This document shows, piece after piece, positions 10,292 through 19,129 of a stretch of 33,766 nucleotides of DNA. Position numbers and translations under genes: made by a program. Numbering within the stretch: position 1 is the first letter of the stretch; every line of letters starts with the position of its first letter. Below the pieces are notes generated by a model. It made no database searches, was not told the origin of the DNA, and saw nothing but the letters and a program-made list of their open reading frames with translations. The stretch comes from a virus (lineage: Duplodnaviria > Caudoviricetes). The stretch is from positions 1 through 33,766 of IMG/VR virus record IMGVR_UViG_3300046806_000035; one strand, given 5' to 3'.

Positions 10292-13200
10292 TGGCAAACG
10301 TAAAAATAACGCAGTTACAAAACATCTCAAGTTCTCAGCTAGCCCCTGAGGACGTTTTTGTTATTGATGACGTATCTCAACTAATTACTTATAAAGTTAC
10401 TCTCGCAAACGTTGTTAGATACATCGGCAACGCTCACGCTGTGAGTTCAAATCTTAATAGCTTTGCTGCCTATGCAAACGCTAATGCTGCTGCATTGGCA
10501 AACGCTATTGATGCGCTTGGTAGTGGTGGATTTGACTTATCTATCGTTGGAGATAGCGGGACTGACACTGTAATAGTTGGAATTAACAGCCTAACCTTTG
10601 CTGGTGGGACTGGTATTGCTACAGTAGTTAGTGATAATCAGGTAACGTTTAATCTAGAAAATACCGCAGTAACTCCTGGAACATACGGAAGTACGTCTAA
10701 TGTTCCTGTAATAACTATTGATGCTCAAGGTCGTATTACTGCTGTAAGCAATGCAAGCATTAATGTAGATACTAGTGCTATACAGTCTAGTATTGCAAAC
10801 ATTGTTAGCGGAAATACAGCGTTTACTGCTAACGTAACAGTTACTAATACAGTTTTTGCAAATGCTTTTACAATCAGCAACTACGGTCCAGTAATTGATT
10901 TAAACGGTAACTGGGTAGGTAACCCTAGCGGTCTTATTGGTTATACTGGTAGCACAGGTGATGTAGGCACTCCTGGTGAGTTTGGATTCACTGGTAGTGC
11001 TGGTGACGTTGGATACAGCGGTTCAATCGGTGATGCAGGATTCACCGGTAGCATAGGTTTTACAGGTTCACGCGGCGATTTAGGTACAGCTGGGTATACA
11101 GGTAGCATTGGTTTTACCGGCTCGCTCGGTAATACTGGATACTCAGGCTCACACGGTGACCTAGGCTATACAGGTAGTATAGGTCCAGTAGGCTTTGTAG
11201 GGTCTCGTGGAGATAGTGGGTTCACTGGTAGTGTCGGTTTTGTAGGTTCTCACGGAGATACAGGCTTTACAGGTTCTGTAGGTGTAGCTGGTGCCGTAGG
11301 ATTTACAGGTAGCGTTGGTGCAACAGGATTTACAGGCTCTATCGGCTTTACTGGTAGTATTGGTGACGTAGGTTTTACAGGTAGCATTGGTGCGGTAGGA
11401 TTCACAGGTTCAATCGGCGGAGCAGGTTTTACTGGCTCAGTCGGTAGCGCAGGATTTACAGGTAGCGCCGGTTTTACAGGCTCAGCTGGTGTAGCAGGTA
11501 ATACAGGATTTACAGGTTCTATAGGTGACGCAGGTACGACTGGTTATACAGGTTCTATTGGCTCTTCTGGCGCAGTAGGATTCACTGGTTCTGCTGGTAC
11601 AAACGGTACTGATGGATACACCGGTTCTATAGGTAACGTAGGTTTTACAGGTAGTGCTGGCTCAGCAGGGTTTACAGGTTCAGTAGGTGGAACAGGGTTT
11701 ACTGGCTCAATAGGTAACGTAGGTTTTACAGGTTCTATAGGTAACGTCGGTTTTACAGGCTCTAAAGGTGACGTAGGATTTACAGGTAGTGTAGGTTTTA
11801 CAGGTTCAGTCGGCGGAGTAGGATTTACTGGCTCTACAGGTTTAGCAGGGTATACTGGTTCACGTGGTGATGCAGGACCTTCTGATACTATTTTAGCTAT
11901 TGAAGATACTACTAGTGCTTCGCTTTATCCTGTGATGGTTACTGCAGTAGGCACTAACTCAATTGCCAAACTAAATAGCATACATTTTTACTTAGATGCT
12001 ACGTCAAATACACTATATGTGCCTAATTTAGACGCGGGCGGAAACGTACATATAGATGGTAACTTAACTGTATCTGGTGTTACTACTACGCTAAGCGCTA
12101 CTAACCTAGCTCTTAACGATAATATGCTATATCTAAACCAAGCTATACAAGCTAATGTTACTAATGCTAGCGGTAATGGTACTGCTGTTGTCTACACAGC
12201 TAATAATAATTATACTGCGGGTATGGCAGTTACAGTTACTGGAGTCAATCCTTCCTCATTTAACGTATCAGATGTAGGTGTTATAGCCGCAAATAGTAGC
12301 ACCTTTACTATTACTAGTAGCGTAACTGACACTTATATATCTGGCGGTCTAGCTAGAGCTAAAGCTAACTCAAATCCTGACTTAGGATTTGCTGCTGGTT
12401 ATAATGATGGAACGTATCATCATGCCGGATTATTCCGTGATGCTAGTGATGGTATATGGAAGTTCTTTAAAAATTATACTCCAGAACCAGATGCAAGCGT
12501 ATTTATAGATACTTCTCACCCTACTTTTGAATTAGCTTCTTTAAGTGTTGAGCACGTATACTCAGCAAATGGTTATCATTCTGGTGGTAACTTAATTATT
12601 GATAATGCTGGAAACTGGGTAGGACCGAGCACTAACTTAATTGGTTATACTGGTTCTGTAGGATTTACTGGCTCCGCAGGTCTAGCCGGAGATACCGGGT
12701 ACACAGGTTCTGTAGGTGATGCAGGCGTTGTAGGATACACAGGCTCTATTGGTACTGCTGGATATACTGGTAGTATAGGCTTTACTGGTTCTGTAGGACT
12801 AACCGGAGATACTGGGTATACTGGTTCAGTTGGCTTTGTAGGCTCTAAAGGCGATACAGGCTTTACTGGTTCTAAGGGTGACGTAGGGTTTAGCGGTTCT
12901 GTAGGATTTACTGGCTCTGCAGGCACTAACGGTTATACAGGTTCTATTGGCGACGTAGGTTTCACAGGCAGCGTAGGGTTTACTGGTAGCGTCGGTACAG
13001 TTGGGTTTACTGGTTCTGTAGGTAATGTAGGATTTACTGGCTCAATTGGTGGGGCAGGATTTACAGGTTCAGTAGGTGACATTGGATTCACTGGTTCAGT
13101 AGGCTACACAGGCTCAATCGGAACTACTGGTTTTACAGGTTCTGTTGGTGGTGTAGGTTTTACTGGCTCTGTTGGTGTCGTAGGTTTCACCGGTAGCGTA

Positions 13201-14610
13201 GGATTCGTAGGTTCAGTAGGTGAATTAGGATTTACTGGTTCAGTCGGCGGATTAGGTTTCACAGGCTCTGTTGGTGACGTTGGTTTCACAGGTTCCATAG
13301 GCGCTACAGGTTTTACTGGCAGCGTAGGATTTGTAGGCTCGCTAGGTAACACTGGGTATTCGGGCTCTAAAGGTGATTTAGGAGATACTGGGTATACAGG
13401 TTCTGTGGGCTTCACTGGCTCAACAGGATTTACAGGCTCAGTAGGATTCACTGGCTCAACAGGATTTACAGGCTCAGTAGGGTTTACTGGTAGCTCAGGA
13501 TTCACGGGCTCCGTAGGATTTACTGGTAGTGTAGGATTCACTGGTAGCGTAGGATTCACTGGTAGCGTAGGATTTACTGGCTCAGCAGGATTCACGGGCT
13601 CCGCAGGATTTACTGGTAGTGTAGGATTTACTGGTAGTGTAGGCTTTACAGGCTCTGTAGGATTTACAGGCTCTGTAGGCTTTGTAGGTTCTATTGGTGA
13701 TCAAGGTACTGTAGGTTTTACTGGTTCTGTAGGCAACCAGGGTACTGTAGGTTTTACTGGCTCTGTAGGTGCTACAGGATTTGTAGGCTCAGCAGGAGCT
13801 ACTGGATTTACAGGTTCCCAAGGCGAACAAGGTACTGTAGGATTTACCGGTTCTTTTGGTAGCACTGGTTTTACTGGTTCTGCAGGTGATACAGGTTTTA
13901 CAGGTAGCATAGGTTTTACTGGAAGTGTAGGGTTTGTTCCGGGCTACTCTTATACATTCTCCACATCAACAACAGCGTCAGACCCTGGAAGCGGTTTCTT
14001 CAGGTTCAATGCTACTAATACAGCAATATATATTGACTCGCTTGATGCTACTGGTATAAATCGCGATGGAGCATTTAGTGCTTATTCTGTAAATGATATA
14101 ATTGTAATCTCAGAACCAAATGGACAAGATACAGTTACTTTTACAATAACTGGAACAGTTACTAACAATGGTGGCTGGTTAACTATTCCTGTAACTACTA
14201 AGAGCGGTGCGAGTATAGCTAACAATGCACTTAGAAGGTTAATAGCATTGAAAGCTGGTGCTACAGGAGCTACTGGTGATACAGGATTCACAGGTTCAGT
14301 AGGTACAGGTTTTACAGGAAGTGTAGGCTTTGTGGGTAGTGCTGGTACTGGCGGTGGTGCATCTGCGCTAGCAGACTTAACTGATGTAGACCTTGTGTCT
14401 AATCCACTAAATACTTATGATACTTTGATATATAACGGTACGGAGTGGGTTAATACTCCTGATATTGCTTCTACTTCTTTAGCTTATTTAGATAAGGTTG
14501 CTCCATCTATTAATAGACAAAGTAACACTAATGCTATAGTAGCAATCTCTGTTGGACTCAGCCCGCCAGCTTCACCACTCGTTGGCGATCTTTGGGTTGA
14601 TATTAATTGA
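10291..14610 (+). CDS. collagen-like (G-X-Y)n fibre protein, 1439 aa
   Basis: MANVKITQL N-terminus. Two long G-X-Y tracts dominated by GFT/GYT/GSV plus a short third tract, separated by globular domains. Ends PPASPLVGDLWVDIN. Confidence 0.85.
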   Translation: MANVKITQLQNISSSQLAPEDVFVIDDVSQLITYKVTLANVVRYIGNAHAVSSNLNSFAAYANANAAALANAIDALGSGGFDLSIVGDSGTDTVIVGINSLTFAGGTGIATVVSDNQVTFNLENTAVTPGTYGSTSNVPVITIDAQGRITAVSNASINVDTSAIQSSIANIVSGNTAFTANVTVTNTVFANAFTISNYGPVIDLNGNWVGNPSGLIGYTGSTGDVGTPGEFGFTGSAGDVGYSGSIGDAGFTGSIGFTGSRGDLGTAGYTGSIGFTGSLGNTGYSGSHGDLGYTGSIGPVGFVGSRGDSGFTGSVGFVGSHGDTGFTGSVGVAGAVGFTGSVGATGFTGSIGFTGSIGDVGFTGSIGAVGFTGSIGGAGFTGSVGSAGFTGSAGFTGSAGVAGNTGFTGSIGDAGTTGYTGSIGSSGAVGFTGSAGTNGTDGYTGSIGNVGFTGSAGSAGFTGSVGGTGFTGSIGNVGFTGSIGNVGFTGSKGDVGFTGSVGFTGSVGGVGFTGSTGLAGYTGSRGDAGPSDTILAIEDTTSASLYPVMVTAVGTNSIAKLNSIHFYLDATSNTLYVPNLDAGGNVHIDGNLTVSGVTTTLSATNLALNDNMLYLNQAIQANVTNASGNGTAVVYTANNNYTAGMAVTVTGVNPSSFNVSDVGVIAANSSTFTITSSVTDTYISGGLARAKANSNPDLGFAAGYNDGTYHHAGLFRDASDGIWKFFKNYTPEPDASVFIDTSHPTFELASLSVEHVYSANGYHSGGNLIIDNAGNWVGPSTNLIGYTGSVGFTGSAGLAGDTGYTGSVGDAGVVGYTGSIGTAGYTGSIGFTGSVGLTGDTGYTGSVGFVGSKGDTGFTGSKGDVGFSGSVGFTGSAGTNGYTGSIGDVGFTGSVGFTGSVGTVGFTGSVGNVGFTGSIGGAGFTGSVGDIGFTGSVGYTGSIGTTGFTGSVGGVGFTGSVGVVGFTGSVGFVGSVGELGFTGSVGGLGFTGSVGDVGFTGSIGATGFTGSVGFVGSLGNTGYSGSKGDLGDTGYTGSVGFTGSTGFTGSVGFTGSTGFTGSVGFTGSSGFTGSVGFTGSVGFTGSVGFTGSVGFTGSAGFTGSAGFTGSVGFTGSVGFTGSVGFTGSVGFVGSIGDQGTVGFTGSVGNQGTVGFTGSVGATGFVGSAGATGFTGSQGEQGTVGFTGSFGSTGFTGSAGDTGFTGSIGFTGSVGFVPGYSYTFSTSTTASDPGSGFFRFNATNTAIYIDSLDATGINRDGAFSAYSVNDIIVISEPNGQDTVTFTITGTVTNNGGWLTIPVTTKSGASIANNALRRLIALKAGATGATGDTGFTGSVGTGFTGSVGFVGSAGTGGGASALADLTDVDLVSNPLNTYDTLIYNGTEWVNTPDIASTSLAYLDKVAPSINRQSNTNAIVAISVGLSPPASPLVGDLWVDIN
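10939..11883 (+). repeat. coding G-X-Y repeat block 1 (about 105 triplets)
   Basis: Gly every third residue from GYTGST to GDAGPS. Confidence 0.9.
12643..13938 (+). repeat. coding G-X-Y repeat block 2 (about 144 triplets), including a near-tandem 18-nt GFTGS(V/T/A) array
   Basis: Gly every third residue; 18/36-nt periodic DNA at about 13400-13680. Confidence 0.9.
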
Positions 14611-14626
14611 TAAAAAAGGTTTTATG

Positions 14627-15475
14627 ATGGTTATAACTACAGTAAATGAATTAGAAACAGGCCTAGAAAGTAGATTCAGTAGGCCTACTAGCATCAAAAC
14701 TGATCCTACAGGTGGAGCTGCTACTGCTGGCCACTTTGTATCGTTCTGGAGAGCTTCTGGTATACCTGCGCCAGGCACTATACCAACAACTACACCAGCA
14801 ACAGCAAATACATCTACTACTGGTGCTATTCCTTTTATGCAGCAAAGCTATCCTGTTTATAGTTATTTATCAGAGATAGCAGTTAACGTCACAGTACCCA
14901 ATGCTACTGTAGAAATTCATGACAGGCTTATCCAAATGGGCGGCTTATCGGGTGCTAATACTGCTGTTCAACCAGTAACTGGTTTTGATTTACTATCTTT
15001 TAGCGGTATAGACAATATAGATGAGCGTATAGGTGATGCTAATTACTCTGACGTTCAGTGGTGGGTTGAGTTTTATGCAGATATAGGCGGTACAGCTAGC
15101 GTAGCTACTGTAGGCGTAACCTATGACGACGGATCTGTAGGACAGTTATCTGGTATAAGTGCTTTTGGTAGAAGAATTAGCAGAATGTTACCTCTTAATA
15201 GTTTTATACCAGCCGCGGCTTCTGGTAGATATATAAGAGGCATAAGTAACATAGTACTAAACGCGTCTACAGGTGGTGCAGGCAATTTTGGATTTACTGC
15301 TACTAGATATAGAGCATCTATGTTTGTACCTTTAATTACTCAAGTACATGAAGAAGGTTGGGTTAAAACAGGATTACCACAAATATACAACAACTCTTGT
15401 TTGTTCCCTGTTGTTATAACTCCTGGTACCAGTGCTGGAAATATAGCGGTTACAACTAAAATATCTCATGGATAA
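14627..15475 (+). CDS. putative virion/fibre-tip protein, paralog 1
   Basis: AAAGGT SD; ATG 14627 (or 14624). Aligns with the next gene: EIHDRL, RIGDANYSD(V/I)QWW, TATRYR, GLP.I.N.SCLFP.VI, KI.HG. Confidence 0.7.
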   Translation: MVITTVNELETGLESRFSRPTSIKTDPTGGAATAGHFVSFWRASGIPAPGTIPTTTPATANTSTTGAIPFMQQSYPVYSYLSEIAVNVTVPNATVEIHDRLIQMGGLSGANTAVQPVTGFDLLSFSGIDNIDERIGDANYSDVQWWVEFYADIGGTASVATVGVTYDDGSVGQLSGISAFGRRISRMLPLNSFIPAAASGRYIRGISNIVLNASTGGAGNFGFTATRYRASMFVPLITQVHEEGWVKTGLPQIYNNSCLFPVVITPGTSAGNIAVTTKISHG

Positions 15476-15485
15476 GGAATAAATA

Positions 15486-16325
15486 ATGACAATTACTACT
15501 ATTGATCATGTCGTAGATTCAATGGGTAATAACTCCTCTAGAATTATTATTGACAAAGCTTCTATTGCAAACACCTCTGTTGGTAACTTTTTCTCTCTAT
15601 GGAGAGCAACAGGCCAGCCCGGTCAAGGAGCAATCCCAACTACCGCAGCTGTGTGCACTAACTCTTTAGTTGGTTCTTTACAATTTACTCAACAAACATC
15701 TCCAGCAACTAGCTATTTAGGCTTGCTAGAGTGTATTGCTCCAAACGCGTCTGTAACTATAGAAATTCATGATAGACTTATGCACATGGGAGGATTAGAT
15801 GGTGCCACTTTAACTGCGCAGGCGGTTGACGTAGATATAGATTTAAATTTAGGCACTTCTAATTTAGGGGCAAGAATTGGTGACGCAAATTATTCTGACA
15901 TTCAATGGTGGTTAGAATGGTATGTTGATACAGGTGCCACTGCTTCTAACGCAACTGTCAATGTAAGACTTAATGACGGAACAGACGTTAACCTTACAGC
16001 AGTTGCTGTAGGTGCTACAGTAAGAGCTTCCAGAATGATACCTCTAAACTCTTTAATCCCTGCTGCTAATTCAGGTAAGTATATTATGAGAGTTAATACC
16101 GTTCAGCTATCTGGAAACATAACTACTGCCGATAGTTTTGGTGTAACTGCTACTAGATATCGTGGTGCTTTATTTATGCCTATTGCTAACGCAAGATTTA
16201 CTAGAACATGGTCTGAACTAGGATTACCTGAAATACCTAATTCTAGTTGTTTATTTCCTATTGTGATTGCTAACGCAACTTCTACTGGTAATATTAAAGG
16301 CACAGGAAAAATTATGCATGGTTGA
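15486..16325 (+). CDS. putative virion/fibre-tip protein, paralog 2
   Basis: AAGGA SD. Tandem paralog of 14627-15475. Confidence 0.7.
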   Translation: MTITTIDHVVDSMGNNSSRIIIDKASIANTSVGNFFSLWRATGQPGQGAIPTTAAVCTNSLVGSLQFTQQTSPATSYLGLLECIAPNASVTIEIHDRLMHMGGLDGATLTAQAVDVDIDLNLGTSNLGARIGDANYSDIQWWLEWYVDTGATASNATVNVRLNDGTDVNLTAVAVGATVRASRMIPLNSLIPAANSGKYIMRVNTVQLSGNITTADSFGVTATRYRGALFMPIANARFTRTWSELGLPEIPNSSCLFPIVIANATSTGNIKGTGKIMHG

Positions 16326-17055
16326 ATCGTACCGTAAAACAGGTTATCCTTTTGCTGCGTCAGACGTTATTTGGCTCCGCCAAAACCCTGCTGGTACTGT
16401 AGTAAGAACAGAGTTTTTTGGCACAACAGAAGCTTTACCTGTAGGACACATTAAATATTGGACAGGAGCTATTTGGGAACTAAAACCAGTCAAATATTGG
16501 AATGGTACGGCTTGGGTAACAAAACCTGTTAAATTTTGGAATGGAGTTTCTTGGACTGCTACAGGTTTAGGATTAGTGAATCAGTTTACTAACCGCTTAG
16601 ACATATTTGCCTGGAGTGGTTCTGTTGCAAACGCAGCGACAATCACTCGAGATACAACCACCGGTTTATCTCCAGCAGGCGGCGTACCACTGAAAATGGC
16701 TATCACTGGCAATGACCCGCACATTGGTACCTACAATGGCTCCCAGTGGAATATTGCGCCTGCAGCTACTGGCCAAACTTGGCAAGTAAAAGTCTGGGTT
16801 AAAGCAAGTGTTGCAACAACCGGTGAAATATTTATCTTTGGTGTTGATTCAGCTGGGGCTTTTATTTCAAACGCCGGAAATGCTTTCAATGCTGGTGGAT
16901 TTACAGTTGGTACTTCTTGGAGTGAGGTCAGTTATTCATTTACATTCGCTGATTCTAGCATAGCTTATATGCAAACACGTTTAGATGGTACACCTACTGG
17001 CGGTGCTGGTATTAACATGTGGTGGGATAACTTACAGGTGTATAGGCTTTCTTAA
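16318..17055 (+). CDS. adaptor with 3x K(Y/F)WxGxxW repeats and C-terminal CBM-like domain
   Basis: ATG 16318 overlaps the upstream stop. IKYWTGAIW/VKYWNGTAW/VKFWNGVSW. C-domain GQTWQVKVWVKAS..WSEVSYSFT..WWDNLQV resembles a galactose-binding-like CBM. Confidence 0.65.
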   Translation: MVESYRKTGYPFAASDVIWLRQNPAGTVVRTEFFGTTEALPVGHIKYWTGAIWELKPVKYWNGTAWVTKPVKFWNGVSWTATGLGLVNQFTNRLDIFAWSGSVANAATITRDTTTGLSPAGGVPLKMAITGNDPHIGTYNGSQWNIAPAATGQTWQVKVWVKASVATTGEIFIFGVDSAGAFISNAGNAFNAGGFTVGTSWSEVSYSFTFADSSIAYMQTRLDGTPTGGAGINMWWDNLQVYRLS

Positions 17056-17083
17056 CGCTGTTTAGTATTTTTTAAGAAAGTTC

Positions 17084-17111
17084 TGGTAAACTATAGCTGA
17101 CGTGTTATAAT
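17084..17111 (+). promoter_or_regulatory. extended -10 promoter upstream of the glycosyltransferase genes
   Basis: TG-t-TATAAT (TATAAT at 17106-17111) in an intergenic gap. Weak -35 TGGTAA at 16 nt spacing. Confidence 0.55.
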
Positions 17112-17134
17112 TATCTTATAAATATGGTAATATA

Positions 17135-19123
17135 ATGAAAATAGCTATTATAGACTTGCTAGGTTTGACCTACGATGGAAATACTCTTAATAACCGCGGA
17201 CTCGGTGGCTCTGAGTCTGCGGTTATTCTTATGTCACGAGAGCTTGTAAAGCTAGGCTATAATGTCACAGTTTATTGCTCTTGCATAGATTCTGAGGCAA
17301 GCCCAGGAACTTACGATGGAGTGCGTTACGTAGACCACTCGCAGCTTGATGCTAGTGAACGCTACGACATTGCAATAGCTTCTCGCACTATTAAACCGTT
17401 TAGAGCGGGCAATGCGTATGCGCCACTAGTAATGGCAGCGCCTTATCGCGTTCTATGGATGCATGATACCTTTACTGATGGTGACCAAGACTTAGAAGCT
17501 ATGGTAGTTGGTGGATTTATTCATCGTATCTTTACTCTAAGTGACTTTCACACTATCTACGCTAGCAACTGTGACCACGGTGCTCGTCGTAATTTTGAAA
17601 TGCTCAAGCCGCATATTTTTCAAACACGCAATGGTGCTGTAAAGCATATCGAACATGTTGATGTTAATGCAAAAGACCGAAACCTTTTTGTGTATAATGC
17701 AAGTGCTACTAAAGGTCTAATTCCATTAGTACGTAATATCTGGCCTCGTGTTAAAGCTGCTATTCCAGAGGCTAAGCTAGTATGCGTTGGTGGGTATTAT
17801 CGTTTTAGAGAAGGTGCTGAGCCCGATGCACAAGAACGCACAGTTCGTGATTTAGTAAATGATGTTAGTTTACGTAATTTAGGAGTAAGCTTTACTGGAG
17901 TTATCAAGCAAAGTGAAATAGCTGCACTACTAGCTAGTGCTAGCTTTATGCTTTATCCTACAGCTTTTCCAGAAACGTTTGGTATTTCTAGCTTAGAATC
18001 GCTATTATATCGTACTCCGCTTATTACTGCACGGTTTGGAGCGCTAGAAGAGACAGCTATAGACGCTGCGTGCTACAAGCTACCGTACTCTACAACTCCT
18101 AACTCACTATTTCCGCGTATAGATGAGCACTCTCAAGCTATAGCTTTTGTAGAAGAAACGCTACGAGCATATTATAACCCTTATCTACTACAACAAAAGC
18201 AACATGCTTGTGCTGTTGTAGATGATATTGCAGGTTGGGATAGTGTAGCTCTTCAGTGGCATCAACACTTTTACAATCAGTTTAAGCGTTTCTTGCCAGT
18301 TAACCAGTACCGAGCTGTATCGCGTATAAACGCAAAGGTATCGCGTGTCTTTAATAGACGGTTTAGCAATTCAGAAAACCTTGCAACCTATAGCAGTTAT
18401 GGGCCTGAGCGCCGAATTGTTGTAGTCTCGCCTTTTTATAATGCAGAATCTTATGTTCAGCGGTGTATTGAGTCTGTAGCGCAACAAGATTACGACAATT
18501 ATGTTCATTATCTAATTGACGATGTTTCTACAGATAAATCATTTAAAGTTGCACTAGACACTATATGTTCACTTCCTGAAAATATAAAGCATAAGTTCAT
18601 TTTAATGTCAAATGAAACAAAACAATATGCTATTGGTAATCAGTTTTATTGTTTTTCAAAGACTCGTCCAGATGATATTGTAATGCTACTGGACGGTGAT
18701 GATTGGTTAACACACAATAACAGCATATTTAAGTTTTATAACGACATCTATGCACGTGGGCATGACTTTACCTATGGGTCTATGTGGAGTTTAGCTGATA
18801 ACATACCTCTTATAGCTCAACAATACCCGCCAGATGTAATTAAAAATCGTAGTTATAGAACTCATAAGTTTAATTGGGGCATTCCTTATACTCATTTGCG
18901 TACTACACTAGGGTTGAATACACATTCTCTAGAATCTGCACAGTATAAGCGCAATGAAAATTGGTATACCGCTGGTGCCGATAACCCTCTTTTCTATGAT
19001 TTAATAGAACGCAGCGTAAATCCGCTCGCTGTTCAAGAAATTGTATGCAACTATAATGATTTAAACCCGCTTAATGACTATAAAATCAATGCTTATGAAC
19101 AAAAAATCAACTCTAGGACCTAA
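17135..19123 (+). CDS. bifunctional glycosyltransferase (GT4-like GT-B plus GT2 GT-A)
   Basis: GLGGSE N-motif and ETFGISSLE (E-x7-E). C-domain VVSPFYNAE..CIESV..Q.Y..IDDVSTD..LDGDD. Confidence 0.85.
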   Translation: MKIAIIDLLGLTYDGNTLNNRGLGGSESAVILMSRELVKLGYNVTVYCSCIDSEASPGTYDGVRYVDHSQLDASERYDIAIASRTIKPFRAGNAYAPLVMAAPYRVLWMHDTFTDGDQDLEAMVVGGFIHRIFTLSDFHTIYASNCDHGARRNFEMLKPHIFQTRNGAVKHIEHVDVNAKDRNLFVYNASATKGLIPLVRNIWPRVKAAIPEAKLVCVGGYYRFREGAEPDAQERTVRDLVNDVSLRNLGVSFTGVIKQSEIAALLASASFMLYPTAFPETFGISSLESLLYRTPLITARFGALEETAIDAACYKLPYSTTPNSLFPRIDEHSQAIAFVEETLRAYYNPYLLQQKQHACAVVDDIAGWDSVALQWHQHFYNQFKRFLPVNQYRAVSRINAKVSRVFNRRFSNSENLATYSSYGPERRIVVVSPFYNAESYVQRCIESVAQQDYDNYVHYLIDDVSTDKSFKVALDTICSLPENIKHKFILMSNETKQYAIGNQFYCFSKTRPDDIVMLLDGDDWLTHNNSIFKFYNDIYARGHDFTYGSMWSLADNIPLIAQQYPPDVIKNRSYRTHKFNWGIPYTHLRTTLGLNTHSLESAQYKRNENWYTAGADNPLFYDLIERSVNPLAVQEIVCNYNDLNPLNDYKINAYEQKINSRT

Positions 19124-19129
19124 AATATA

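Noticed and set aside
10939-13938. Repeats as a CRISPR array or non-coding repeat array
   Set aside because: Periodicity is 9/18 nt, in frame, with variation at synonymous positions. There are no constant repeats with unique spacers and no cas genes.
12645-14291. Minus-strand Pro-rich ORFs (EPVNPT repeats)
   Set aside because: They are the antisense shadow of the G-X-Y codons, with no independent coding signals.
14627-16325. Paralog pair or fibre repeats as DGR template/variable repeats
   Set aside because: There is no reverse transcriptase in the window, and differences between copies are not adenine-specific.
17047-17080. 9-bp inverted repeat CTTTCTTAA/TTAAGAAAG as a terminator
   Set aside because: AT-rich stem, 16-nt loop and no good U tract make it too weak to call.
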